Origin: the human T2T-CHM13v2.0 reference genome, Homo sapiens
DNA: 64,000 nucleotides
Assembly (NCBI RefSeq): GCF_009914755.1
Contig: NC_060929.1
Reading direction: 5' to 3' (one strand)
Below the pieces are notes generated by a model. The model was not told where the DNA came from, made no database searches, and worked only from the letters and a program-made list of their open reading frames with translations. Numbering within the stretch: position 1 is the first letter of the stretch; each line of letters opens with the position of its first letter. Positions 43,978-57,323 of the stretch are shown piece after piece. Position numbers and translations under genes: made by a program.

Positions 43978-46900
43978 ATTGCAGACAAAGTAAAATTTAT
44001 TGAGACAGACAGAAATGCACCTACTCAGGACTACAGTTAAGCATTTACTATTAACCAAAGAGTTGTGTTCACATTCCAGATAAGTCTACGTGGAAAAGCA
44101 TTCAGAATTTACTAGGTTTTTGCTACATCACTATTTCATCTACAATAGGGACAACAAACTGACACTCAGGATTTGATGGGCTCTCATTACAATGCTATAC
44201 ATTTAACAGGAACAAACATCAGTGACTTTGAGAAAAAGTTATAAAAAGACCAAAACCACCCACTGTAGAATGGGCTCTTGGATGTTACTGTACAGCGTGG
44301 TCAAGGTAACAAGAAGAAAAAAATGTGAGTGGCATCCTGGGATGAGCAGGGGGACAGACCTGGACAGACACGTTGTCATTTGCTGCTGTGGGTAGGAAAA
44401 TGGGCGTAAAGGAGGAGAAACAGATACAAAATCTCCAACTCAGTATTAAGGTATTCTCATGCCTAGAATATTGGTAGAAACAAGAATACATTCATATGGC
44501 AAATAACTAACCATGGTGGAACAAAATTCTGGGATTTAAGTTGGATACCAAGGAAATTGTATTAAAAGAGCTGTTCATGGAATAAGAATAAAACTGTTCA
44601 TTAAGAACTTTTCAAAAGTGAATTAGTGAGGATTCAGCTTAATACCTGTATCAAATGAGGAAGTGGTTTATTACAATATTTTTATAATCAGTATTTTATG
44701 TGTACTTGGTCACTATACAAGTGACTTCTTGTCACTGGTACAAGTGGACTTTTTGGAGGACTATTTCCAAGAAGAAGAAAGCAAACATTCTACTTCTAAG
44801 GATAAGGTAACTCATTACAATCTTTAGTACTCATGGAAAGTATTAAAGATCTTTAAAAAAATCGAATGCTGTCATGTCAAAGTGAGGCATGAAAAGTATT
44901 ATTAATGTGGCTCCATCGATTTGGGGGTTCCAATCTGAGGAGGGCTTTTTATTTAATGTTTTAATGAATCAAAATATCTTCTTAGAATGTCTCTGAAAAT
45001 GGCATCTCATTACCTTACTGGGAACTGTCTATTGAGCACTCTTCTCCATCATTAAGTTAATGCTAAGGATCTTTAAGTGTCATCTTAATTTGATACTTGT
45101 CATAAGATAATTAGGCAAATTAAAATCAGTGGTTCACCCTGTTCCTAGAAGTTTTTCTAAGTGAAATCAATTTTTCAATTTTAATTTGTTCTCTTGTACA
45201 TTTTCCTAAGCTCAAAGGAGATAGTAACAATGGTTTTCTTTGATGATCTAAAGTGAGATTTTACAATGTCGTGATTTTTAATATACTTCATAGTAATTTT
45301 ATTGCAATTAAGCACCTGTTTTCTAAATTATCTCAGTTTTGTTCAAGAGAGAAAAAAAATATTGAAACAAAGGTGATGGAGTTGAGATCCCAAAACAGAG
45401 TTTGCCTATGGTCTGTCTTCCTATGGGGAAAGTAAGTACAAAACCTCAGGGTTATTTACGAAGCCAAAGGACTTTGCTATATCAAGTAGTTCATTTCTTA
45501 TCTAAGACCAACTATAGGTATGATGCTACTGTATTCAGGCAATGCCGACTGGATTGGAACATGCTAATTTAAGGTGAGTTGGTACATCTAAATGGTCAAT
45601 TTGGGATGGGGGATTGGTCAGCTGCCACTATAATCATGTTTTGGCTGAACATATTTCTTGCTTGAGTTTATGTGGCTTTTGTGTGGACAGGCTGAAGTTC
45701 ATGGGGGAAGGCAAGAGATAGATATGTGGGCCAGAGAGGCTTGCTTGGGTGGCTGATTCTGATTAGGACACCCTGATAAATGAAAATCAGTGGCGGACAG
45801 TAGCTTATAGACTGGTACTGAAGGAAATGGGGGAACTTCAGAGACTACTGTTTGGTACTTGTATCTGGGCCAGCTTGATAGGGAGAGAAATCCTAAGGAA
45901 TGTAGAGATGATGACCCTACCAAATTTGGAACTAGACTCCAATGAGTTTAGTTAAAACAAACACTATGGTGAAGAACTTTCTTCATTAGTATCTTGTCAC
46001 TTGGGGGAGTGAGGGGGGGACAGAATTTGCTCTTAAAAACCCAGGGTTTGCTTCCATGTGTTATTACGATGTTCTTTGTAGGCCTCCATTTGGGATTGAG
46101 TGGTTAAAAAAAAAAATCTGTACAGCTTTTGTGCCCTTATCATGATTTGTCAGTAGAAAGGGAGTAAAAGCAAAACATTGAGTTCAGAATTAGAAATTTT
46201 CTTCTTTTAAGGAACACCATGGTACTCTCAGAGAACAGGAGATATGTGTGCATGCCTTAGAAAAAGCCCTTGAGTAGGTAAGGAAGGAAGAAACCTATGG
46301 CAGACAGGATTGCTGCAGCCAAGGGGCTTCAAGCAGAAATGAAAGAGATGGCTTGTGAAGCTGCCCGTGTCGTGTGGGAGTCGCATGGCTTCTGCGAGAA
46401 AAGTGATTTAGGCAGACGGAGGTTTTTTCTCAATCAGAGGCTTTCAGTAACTCTGCTGATGCACAGAGAAGAGACTTCCTCAGCCTGCAGGCTACAAGAG
46501 CCAACTGTTAGTGCAAAAAAGGACTTTAATACAAATTTCTTATTCCAGAAATTTTGTTCCAGGTCTGGACAAGCTGAGAAATTTATCATTGTTTTTCGAG
46601 TTTTTAAGATACCCAAACACTTTTTCTGAGAGGTATGGGTGTGTGTGCAAGGCACACACATACAGTCTTTCTGTACATGCATGCATATTTATGCATGTAC
46701 AGGGAAGTATCCAGACACCAATTTTTAATAAAATGAATTCCCCAAAGGGAGTCTTGACTGAATTAAGGCTGTTGTTTATAGGAAGCCAGATATAATGATG
46801 TGAAAAAAACTAATTTTTAATAATAATCACCGGCAGTAACGGGGGCAGGGGGAAAAAGTACAGTGTGGTGTATTTTTTGTTTTTTTCTTTTTCACAACAT

Positions 46901-47334
46901 CTACAGGACACAAGAGAAGCACTTAGACACTGTAAGGCTGGGAACCATGCTGTAATAACCACCAGTGTGGGTAATCAAAAAGGGTCTTTGACATTTAAGA
47001 GGGTTGGGGCTCCCTGCACTGTCAGAATTCCACGTAAATCACATGCTTGTTGGAAAAATCTCACAGAAAGGAAGGAGGCTCTAATTAAGCCAATGACTTC
47101 CCTATCCAAAAAATAAACAACAACAAAAAAAAAACACAACACCCTTTCTCCCATACAAACATATGCAAAATCAGAATCCTCTGGGAACAAGCAGTTGTCT
47201 TCCAAACCTTAGGTCGGGTATAGAGAGCAACAATGGAGAAGAGACCTTGGTGCCTTGGAGTCTTAGATACAAATGCAGGAATAGGAAGTGACTTGCAATT
47301 TTGTGCAAAACTTGTGTCCTCTTTCTTGTGGGCA
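43978..47334 (-). other. SPOCK1: SPOCK1 3' UTR (~3.35 kb)
   Basis: Stretch with no repeats I can recognise between the TAG stop and the distal AATAAA. Confidence 0.8.
43996..44001 (-). terminator. SPOCK1: SPOCK1 distal poly(A) signal AATAAA; cleavage predicted near 43975-43980
   Basis: TTTATT on plus; GU/U-rich element GTGTTTGTATTTCATTGGGTGG follows on minus; TE-dense DNA starts about 200 bp further on. Confidence 0.75.
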
Positions 47335-47525
47335 CTACCATATGTACCCGACCTCATCCTCTTTGTCATCATCCTCATCCTCATCATCCTCTGTCACGGC
47401 TCGGGTGTGCACCCTCAGCTTCCCCTCTTTGTCCTTTGGTCCCAGCTCCCGTTCATATTCTAGGTCATCCAGCAGGACCACGGACCCACCACTGCCAAAA
47501 TCCCCTGAGGTTTCCTGCTCCTCTT
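47335..47525 (-). CDS. SPOCK1: Testican-1 last coding exon: GAG-attachment Ser-Gly sites and acidic tail
   Basis: ttttaatctttcag acceptor; (E)EEQETSGDFGSGGSVVLLDDLEYERELGPKDKEGKLRVHTRAVTEDDEDEDDDKEDEVGYIW then TAG. Confidence 0.97.
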
Positions 47526-48012
47526 CTGAAAGATTAAAAAAAGCATTGAGGTTAGTTTCCACTTATACCTCATGACCCACGTCAGGGGTTCCTTTGCCTG
47601 AATTGTAGGGTAAAACCAAGCAGTTTACTTTCTGAAAACAGAAACATCCCTGCCCCACTGAGGTGAGTCTTCAGGGCATACATTACAAACTTTGTTCTCG
47701 TAAGAGCCCTAGAATTCTTGAGATGCTCCTACCTTCCCAGGAGGTTTACAACCCTAAATGAGAAGTGAAGGCAGCCTAAGTCACCCTTTGTCTGCAGCAG
47801 TTCTGTCTCTCTTCTCTGGTCATAGTGAGTTCCTGCCACTTGCCAAGCTAGCTACACGGGAGCTCATGTGATTTCAGGGTTACTATGCCTCTATTATAAA
47901 CTTAATGTATACTGGAGTTACCTCTCAACATTCTTCTGCAGAGATCCTTATGCAGTGAGGAACCACAGGCCACCCAGGTCATTGTGGGGCTCATGCAGGA
48001 GGCCTTACTCAC

Positions 48013-48150
48013 CACAGCTCACAGCACCCTGTTTCCTGGAGCCAGCCAACTCATTCCCATATTTGTCCACACACCAGCACTGCCCCGTGCTGCCGTGGCA
48101 CTGTGTGGCTTTGTAATAGCCCTCCTCATTACACCGAGGTATGAAGGCCC
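48013..48150 (-). CDS. SPOCK1: Testican-1 exon, thyroglobulin type-1 domain (CWCV)
   Basis: 138 nt, cccccag/gtgag; AFIPRCNEEGYYKATQCHGSTGQCWCVDKYGNELAGSRKQGAVSC. Confidence 0.97.
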
Positions 48151-49079
48151 CTGGGGGAACAAAAGGTGCAACTTTAATCAGAGACATGCAGATGATACTC
48201 GGGGTTAATGCCCGTCAACACAGGGAAGAGGGCTCACATGTCAGAATATCTGCTGCAGGGTCAGCAGCAGAGGATGGGGATGGTTGGCTATTAGTCAAAA
48301 TTACAGGGCCCTTAACCTTTAGAGGCCCAAACGCGATGAGCTCTAAGGATGTCAGTGTTTAAACGGGAATGATAATAGCTATCATGTATTGAATACTTCT
48401 ATTCTGGGCACTGACCTAAATCGTGCTTACATATGTATGTGTATATATACATACATTTGCAGAATCTCTTATTCCCACAACTCTAAGAGATACATACCAT
48501 CATTACCTTTTAATATGAAACTGATGTCTAGGAAAATTAAGTAATCTTCCCAAGGCATCTGCTAGTAAATATCAAGTCCAGCATTACCAATACTTTGCCC
48601 AACCACATAAAGTGACTCCGTGAAATTGTTATAAAACTTTCTATACGCATTAACTACTGCACTTGGTTCTGACTAGTAACAAATGTTCTATGAACAACAC
48701 CAGTCTGTGGATCATATGGTTCCAAGCTATTCCTTGTCACTGTCTTCCAGCCTCTAAGAAAGAGGTAATTAATAATAGCTAAGTGCTTTACTTGCATTAT
48801 TTCATCAAGCCATGCCAATATCACCATAAGGTGTTGCTATTACTATCTCCCTGTTTGCAGGCAAAAAAAAAAAAAAAAAGTGATAAACTGGAGTTAATTT
48901 GCCCAATGTTAAGCAAAATTCCTTCTTTGATTAGTTCTAATTTTTCACTTTAAATCTTGAATGGGTACTACTGATATTACATTTTTAATGTGAGAAAATC
49001 ATATGGTTTTTATGCTTTATATACTTTTAACAAGATGGATTACTAGTGGCACAAATTTACAAGTATGTTACTAAGTGAT

Positions 49080-49415
49080 TGATATGGTTTGGCTGTGTCC
49101 CCACCCAAATCTCATCTTGAATTGTAGCTCTCATAATTCCCACGTGTTGTGGGAGGGACCCTGTGGGAGGTAATTGAACAGGAGGTAATTGAATCATGGG
49201 GGCGAGTTTTTCCCATGCTGTTCTTATGATAGTGAATAAGTCTCACAAGATCTGATAGTTTTGTAAAGGGCAGTTCCTCTGCACACGCTCTCTTGCCTTC
49301 CGCCATGATTGTGAGGCCTCCCCAGCCATGTGGAACTGTGAGTCCATTAAACCTCTTTTTCTTTACCCAGTCTCAGGTCTATTTCTTCATAGCAGTGTGA
49401 AAATGGACTAATACA
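49080..49415 (+). mobile_element. THE1-family (MaLR) solo LTR
   Basis: TGATATGGTTTGGCTGTGTCCCCACCCAAATCTCATC...GGACTAATACA; perfect TSD GTGAT. Confidence 0.92.
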
Positions 49416-49722
49416 GTGATTGAGGCATATAATTTTGTTTTGGTGTTTTCTGCATTGTTTCTTTTGAAGTTCCTAATTCATAAAATGATTCAGATATGCT
49501 CTAGAGATTTTTTTATAAAATGAGAATCTCTTTTTTGAAGAATTTGCCCATAAAAATATCTTGAGCCTGGTGCTCATTTTGAGGGATGAAAGTAGCATTT
49601 TGATTAATTTCCTGGTTTTGATTTTGGTTTTGATTTACCTGGGTCTTCTGTTATCAAAATTTGGTAACTGATAGTATCCATTTCAACTAGGTTTTCATAA
49701 TTGTTATAAATTGACTTATAGC

Positions 49723-49893
49723 AGTGGTTCTCAAAGTGAGGTTCCAGGACAAGCAGCAGTGGCACCACATGGAAAACCCTTAGAAATGCAAGTTCTTGGG
49801 CCCCACCTGAGACTTAGAGAGTGGGGCTGAGCAGTCTGTTCATTTATTTAATCCTCCAGCTAATTCTGGTATATACTAAAGTTTGAGAACCAC
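49723..49893. mobile_element. MER5A-like hAT MITE
   Basis: CAGTGGTTCTCAAAGTG...AAGTTTGAGAACCAC terminal inverted repeats. Confidence 0.8.
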
Positions 49894-50569
49894 AAGTTTA
49901 CAGTATTCTTCTATAACTGAGCTTATATCCCACTTTTAAATTCATGACACTATTTGAGCCTTTTTACTTCTTCATATTGTCAAAGGTTTGTCTATTTCAT
50001 TTGTTCAGAAAACTATCTCTGATATGGTATTTTAATATTTTTACTTCACTGTTGTCTGCTTTCATCTTATTCACTTTGTGTTGTTCCTATAGTTTAAGTT
50101 ACATCTAGTTAATTTTATTTTGATCCTTTTTTATAAATGCATTTGACGCTATGAAGTTTCACTTAGTTGCTTCCCATGTATTTGGTACACCATGCTTTCA
50201 TTTTCTTTCATTTCTAGATATTTTGTAGATTTTTCTTTCTTCATCTTTGATCAATTTTTATTCATGAAACCAAATGTATGGGGGTTTAGTAATCTCATAT
50301 TTTACTTCTATTGGTATTGTGTTGTGGCCGGTAAGTTTGATCTGTGATCATTTATTTGAAATTTGTTTTCTTCTGTGGTACGGTCTGTGGCAGATGTTTG
50401 AAAGACTACATTCAATGCCTAGATTCAGGAATACATATATAAGCATGAATGCTAACAAATCTTAGTCTACTTGAACTGTAGGTTTCAGGAAGTGGTATGT
50501 CAAAGTTTCTGAAAACCACTGTGGCTATAATTCGCCCTTACAGTTCTATTCCATTTTAAGTTATGAGTA

Positions 50570-50876
50570 TAGTCATGTGCCACATAATGATGTTTTAGTC
50601 AACAATAGACTGTATATGTGACAATGGTTCCATAACATTATAACACCATATTTTCACTAGCCTTTTCTATGTTTAGATATAAAAATAATTCCCATTGTGT
50701 TACAATTGCCTGTAGTATTCAGTACGATAAAATGGTGTACAGGTTTATACCTAGGAGCAATAGGCTATACCATCTAGGTCTGTGTGAGTATACTCTATGA
50801 TGTTTACACAATGACAAAGTCACCTAATGACACATTTCTCAGAACCTATCCCTGTCATTAAGCAAGGCATGTCTAT
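50570..50876. mobile_element. Tigger3a-like (TcMar) element
   Basis: AGTCATGTGCCACATAATGATGTTTTAGTCAAC...CATTAAGCAAGGCATGTCT, flanked by TA. Confidence 0.75.
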
Positions 50877-53819
50877 AGAGCAACTGATGGCATAATATGG
50901 TAAAAGGGATATTTCAGCGAGATGATTGCATTATAAAAAACAGATTTGCTTTGTCAGATATTAATGTTGTTTAAAAAAGAGTATTTACCCTCATTTAATT
51001 TCAACTTTCTGTGGAATTATTTTTGTATAACTCTCCTTTAAAATACTAATCAATAATAATAAATGTGTTTGACCTGTTCACATTTATTGTGATTACAGAT
51101 ATTGTGATTACAGAAATGCTTACTCTTATTTCTGCCACCATATCTGTTTCCTACTTACTAAGTTTTCTTTATACCTTGTCTTTTTTCCATAGGTTTAAAA
51201 CATATATTCTAATATTCTTGTGGTTACTCATATTTTCCACAGGGGAACATAGTTTTTCCTAGTAAAATCTACAGTTAATCTATACAGATTTTTTTTTTCA
51301 TGAACAAACTAGAAGCTTAACACATTCTTACCACCTTTTTCTCACTTCCCCCAATTGTCTGGAATTTTAATTCCAGGTTGCCATATAACTATTTTTATTG
51401 GTCTTAGCAGAATTGTCATTTCTTTTTCATTATTGCATCTGAATAGTTCTTTCTGGGATCATTTGTTTGGTAGAATAAATCCTTTAGTGATATTTAAGTG
51501 AGTCTGGGGTTAGTAAGCTGACTGAATCTTAGATGGTTTCAGAGTACCAGAGTACCTCTGTCATCACACTTGAATGATCACTGGGATAAATTTTAAATTG
51601 TAGGTTCATAATTATTTCCCCTTGGCACTTTGAAGATACTGATTCTCATTGTACTGTGGGTAATCTTTATTTATAATAGTTTTTAGTTTTGGTTTTCCTT
51701 ACAGGGTAGGTGTGTTTCTTGATAGTGTGCATCTTCTATGGAAGAATTCTTCCTCTTTGTGTAACCTGGGTGGTAACACCATCTACATCAGCCTCCTGAA
51801 AACAGAGGTTCCTGCCTTCCACTGTAGCTTTCTATGCCCTAATTTAATTTCTGATTTTGTGAGCGTGCTTACATTTTCAAATTTGCCTTTTATTTAGTGG
51901 AACAATCCCAGAATAAAAGTGTGGCATGGGAGGGACAGATTTCTCCTATTTTGAACCAAGACTTCAACCCAGACCCAGGTGACTCTAGGGTCTAGTCTAG
52001 AACATGCTACTCACCAGGCTATACCAAGATGATCATATTCTCAGAGATTAAATGAGACCATGGAACACCATGTCTATCACTTAGGAAAGGCTGCTGATGC
52101 CACAGTTAGAAGCTTAGTGGTATCCACCCTCTCATTAAGGAGTGTACGCCATTGCATGCTATCAGTTTTCAAAGAACAGTAGATAGAAAAGAAGGAAAAT
52201 GTAGATGCGGTCAGTAGCCCAAAAAGAGATTTGTGAACAGATTCTCAATCAAGGACTGCAGAGAAAGTGAACATGTAGAGAGCTGGCTCCTCCTTGGACC
52301 AAAAAAAAAAAAAAATGGGCTGAGGCCCTGGGTTGGTAAGAAGCAGGTGCTGCTCTAAAACTACAATGCAATAATTATAGCTGATAATAATTTGTTGATT
52401 GTTTTATTTATTTGACTCTGTATACCCCTGACTACATAAAGAATTTGTAAGCAAATGGCATTTTTTCTGAGTCAGCTGGAGTAATCTCCATATGTGGGAA
52501 ATGTGATAAAGCAAGCTTTAAAACAAAATGGGATTTATTTTAACAGAAAGGTAGGCATTTCATTCATGTGCACTGGGGTAAATGAGACATCTTATCACAG
52601 GTGACCCTTACCAATGAGGCAATGTATGTTTTAATAAACAGCAATGTACTAATTCTACAACTACCTGCAGATCATAGGTACGTCACTCAAAATAATATCC
52701 CACATGGAGAAATGAGATCAATAAACAAACACAAGTCTTTGCACTAGAAAATCCTATGGAGGAGGGATCCAGCCACTTTGCCTTCAGACCAGAAATATAT
52801 CTTTATGTCCTTTTACTCAGCAGAAGAATGTAGGCCTAAAGAGTTCGAAATCCTGACAACTTTGGGGAAGTCTACATGCATTTTGAAATAACTCAAAAAA
52901 TCCTAAGAGAAGAAAATCACCGGAATTCATAGACTGCCTACATTTGACAATCTGCAAGAAAACTTGCCCATTTCCTTCTCTATTCATTTCCTTCAAATGA
53001 ATAGAGAAACTTCTGAAATGGCAGGCTGCTTGGGGAATGCATCTGCCTCTGAATGCTTCACGGGAATAATTCTGTATTACTGTGTTGCAGCTGACACCTC
53101 TTTTTTTAAAAGCAAGGAAAGCAAAGCAGGCTCCTCCTTTCTTCAGCAAACCAATGAGAATGGCCAGTGTTTCTATGACAAATGCCAGGACTTCCTCCAC
53201 GTGCTGGAGAAAGGCAGGCTTGGAGCTAAAGGGGACACTTTGAGAGGCCTGCAAGTTGTGCATGTTAGGGGAACACACATTCACTCAACACACTTGCTTC
53301 CGTGGTGTCCAAACAGCCTGCATACTTTCCTGGAGGGATTAGGTGAAGGTAGAAATAGGCTTAAGCACATACATGTCGTTCAACCCTGTTTGATAAATTC
53401 TGAAGAGAGTACAGCCCATCTGCCTCCTTCAACAGACAATCCTATCCGGGGAATGGAGGAAATGCTATAATTTTTAGACCTTATAGTTTGAGCACTTGAG
53501 AGCACCATTCAATGATCTTACTTAGAAAAAGCCAAGATTTGTTTTAGCCTAAGATCAGGGAGGAGTTAGCAGTGGGGAAGGTGCTGGACTTCGGCCCTGG
53601 CTGACCTCTCTTCCTGCCGAAGGAACACACAGCAGTTTTCAACCAGCCAGTCCTCTGTTTATGTCCAGCTGCCTGGAAGAGCTCTGCCTGGGGTTAAAAC
53701 AAGGCATTTCTTTCATGAAACACTAGCCCTAATTGAATAACCATTGCCATGCTGATCATTACAAGGGACATGGCTGGCTTAATTAGTTGTTTAAATGAGT
53801 GGCAAGAAATTGTACTTAC

Positions 53820-53882
53820 CCAACAGGCTTTTCCCCTTACTCAGCTTCTGAATTCTGTTCATTTCATTCTGGCAAGGGAGAC
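53820..53882 (-). CDS. SPOCK1: Testican-1 exon, start of thyroglobulin type-1 domain
   Basis: 63 nt, tttttag/gtaagt; (G)LPCQNEMNRIQKLSKGKSLL joins both neighbouring exons in frame; not in the ORF track. Confidence 0.95.
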
Positions 53883-55169
53883 CTAAAAAATAATTTCTGA
53901 AAGTCAGCTTCCAGATGGTATGGAGTATAATCGCTAATGATTGACTTCACTCTTGATGTGAAATGTAGACAATGACACACCTGGGAGTGGAATTGTTCCA
54001 TATGCTGTTACTATGCAAGAAAACAAATTCGGGCCATTAGTGTTACTAGTTAAAAAACAAACCTCATACCACAATGCACTTAAAATAGTATTTGGGGGCC
54101 ACTTGCATTGCATAGAAATTTTTCTTTCTAGTACCAACTCAAGCAAATACCAAGTATCTAATAGGTGGTGTAATGGACTTTTTCCTTTCTATCAGGAAGC
54201 AAGTAATCAGCCAAGGCTTATTAGTGGGGAAGTGTTCTGAATCCACAGACGAACTAACCAGAGGTGACAAATACTTATATAGCCTAGGTTTTCCTGTAGG
54301 AAAGGATGGATAGGAATGGTTACTTCAGACCTCACCACCCCCAGGAAAGTAAAATAGGCTTTGAGGGACAACTATGAAGATACAGAAGAGATCTGGAGAA
54401 GCACTGATGAGACTTTGTATCTAGGCTCTGCCACCTCCTAGCTGAATTCACCTGTCCCAGCCTCTGGGTCCTCAGCGGCAAAATGCATGTCATAGAAAAG
54501 AAGTTAGTTTCATTCTAAGCAAAATGAAAAGTGACCTCATTCATTCTTCAGAGTTTTACCATGATTTGCCTTTGCAGACCTTGTGGCTCTGGGAGTTCTG
54601 CTATTTGTTCATGGTTCATCCTGTCCTTGGCAGAGGAGTTCTGGTTCTCTGAGTTCTTATCTTTGGCTGATACTGCCTCTTTCTGCAGGCCCCACACTTG
54701 CATATAAAGTATCTAAGCAACCATTTACAACTCTTACCCTGTAGACTGCACAATGCTACCTGGTCTTGCTGCTTGTTCCATGAGAGAAACTGCTTGTAAA
54801 ATACATTTTGTTGACTTCTTGTTTTAAGATGCTTTCAGAGTAAAGGAGAAACAAATTTCATCTGGATTATAAAAGGTAGCATTTCCTGGATGCTGTGCCA
54901 CAGGAAGGGGTTCTGGCTTTCAGCAACTGCAAGAGTAAGGGCAGTCTATCCAGAGATGTCCCATGTGGCCAGGTGACCAGCTCTGGCACTGTTACCTCCA
55001 GGCAAGCATTAACACATAGGCTCTGTGTTGTAAGGAAACCATGCTAAAAATCACATGTTACAATACGAACTCAAACCTAAAACTATCACTAGTCTTAATG
55101 CTGAGAATCACTACAAGTATTTACACTACTAAAATTTTTAAATGGCTATTATCTTAACATTGATTTTAG

Positions 55170-56290
55170 GTACTAACAGATGTAATTAGAAAAGAAAAAT
55201 GAGGTATAAAAATTGAAAATGAAGAGAAAAATTATCACTATTTGCAGATGATATGATTGCACACCCGAAAAATCTAAGCAAACCAACCAGAATAACTTAG
55301 AAACAAAGCAAGATTTTAGTAAGGTGGTTGAGAACAAAATTAATGTTGAAACCACCAGGGAGGGAATATAGTGCAAAAAAACACCTATTTCAGTTACAAT
55401 GGTAGCAATAATAAATACAAGGGAAGTATAATAATTGTTAGAACAAAATTTCAAAATTAACACCATGGGTTGATAGATCCTGTTCTAAAACAAAATGATT
55501 CCATATTATACAGCTATTGATTTTTATTTGATTAATTTTTCCTGATACTTAAAAATTACCAATAGGAATTGTTTTTAATTGGATAAACTGATGCTAAAGT
55601 TCACACAGGGAAAGAAACATACTAATATCCAGGAAAATTCTAGAAAAACAGTAATGGCAGCAAAGGACAGTTCTACCAGGTAGTAAAACATATTGTAAAA
55701 CAACTGTGATTTAAAAGTCTAAAACTGATTTATTTTATATATATATATATAGCAACTGGATGACCATCTCCAGGGAGGCTGGGAGCCTACTTGACTGTGT
55801 AATACACAATCTAGACTGATACAGAATTTAAGTGAACAGCAAAAAAGATAAAGTGAGAAATACCTTTCTAAGCTTTATGGCTTCTTAGAAGCCATAAAAT
55901 ACAGAGAAGCTTGGCTATCTTAAAATTTCTCCCTAACAAAAATGCATGAACTGTAATTTGGGAAAAAATATTTACAATACCTATGACCAGAAAAGTTCCA
56001 ATTTCCTTAAAAAACAAACACACAAGAACCTGATAGAAAAAATATACAAAGAACATATAGACATTTCCAGAATGTTTCATTTGTACAGATGTTCAACCTA
56101 ACTCATAAATCAAGAAGCTTGGTAACGCCATAGAGAATAGGTATTCTCATATATCTTTGGTGAAAGTAAAAATTGTTACCACCTCTTTGGAGGTGAGGTC
56201 AATTGCTCAAATTTTAAAAGGCACATGCCTTTTGACTAGTAATTTTAAGAACATATCTTGAAATCCCATACACACATACTTACCTTTCAC
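55170..56290 (+). mobile_element. Old L1 (L1ME-like) ORF2/3' fragments
   Basis: ATCACTATTTGCAGATGATATGATT (LFADDMI) and further A-rich L1-like blocks. Confidence 0.65.
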
Positions 56291-57101
56291 TGAATACCCA
56301 CGTTTTTTGTTGTGTGTGTATTGTCTATGCATACATAACTTAAATACTTTCATATTAGCAGCCATCCTCCTTTCCTGGCGGTGGGATATACCAGCTATGC
56401 CTGTAGTTGTATGTTCTCCCGATGTGGGCCTGTCTCTTCTGGTCCCATTAACTGTGACTGCCATACTCAGGTGCACCCCCCAGACAGAGGGAGGTAAAGT
56501 CAGGGCACCTGCCACTGGCTTCCTGTCCTTAATCTGAATCCCCCAGCAGGCCAACCTGTCTGACTTTGGGTTATATGAAATATCCTGGTATCTTTTCTTC
56601 TATTCCCCAAATCTTGCCTCTTTTTTTCATTAGCTGGAGTTTATTTATAACCAAAATATTCTTGTCTAGGACACTTAGTATAAATCTGAACTTATCCTAG
56701 AGAAACTGACAAGTGACTTTCTCAATGAGAATGATTTTCATTGTCTCTTACATTTTTAAGGTATTTTTTACATTGAGAGCTCACAGTGACCTTTGGATTA
56801 TGTCATGAAGGTTTCTATACCCATTGTATAGATGAAAATACGGACAGTTGAGAGACTTCCCCAAAGGGAGGAACAGACAGAAGTAACTGACTACTTGATT
56901 TATACTCTTGGTTTTTCTAGTATACCACATTAAAAGCAGAAATAAACTGGAAGAAATGAGACTTTGGGCCTGGCATTAAATGGAATGAATTATTTATTCT
57001 CTGGCTGTGGCTCTCTGCCCAATTCATAGTCATACGCAGTCCTCCTCTGCTCCAGCAAGGCTGCCCTGGGCTAGGGACCCCAACCCTCCATCCCACCTTA
57101 C

Positions 57102-57323
57102 CTCCAGGCTTCTGGAAGCAGTAGCACCACTCATTGTTAGAAAGCTTGCCATCCTTGAAGGAGTCACACGAGTTGAAAAGAGGCTTGATACAGGGCTCGT
57201 ACTTATCCAGGTAGATGGCATTGATCTCTGAAGGGTCAAGCAGGAGGTCATAGTTCATGTCCAACTTGTTGAACATCCAGCCCAGGGAGTCCTTGCAGAT
57301 GGGCAGGATGCTAGTGTCAAACC
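57102..57323 (-). CDS. SPOCK1: Testican-1 exon, extracellular calcium-binding (EC/EF-hand) domain
   Basis: 222 nt, ttggcag/gtaagg; FDTSILPICKDSLGWMFNKLDMNYDLLLDPSEINAIYLDKYEPCIKPLFNSCDSFKDGKLSNNEWCYCFQKPG. Confidence 0.97.

Noticed and set aside
52817-53470. Overlapping 155-aa and 168-aa ORFs in a SPOCK1 intron
   Set aside because: No recognisable domain or convincing splice or start context; compatible with chance.
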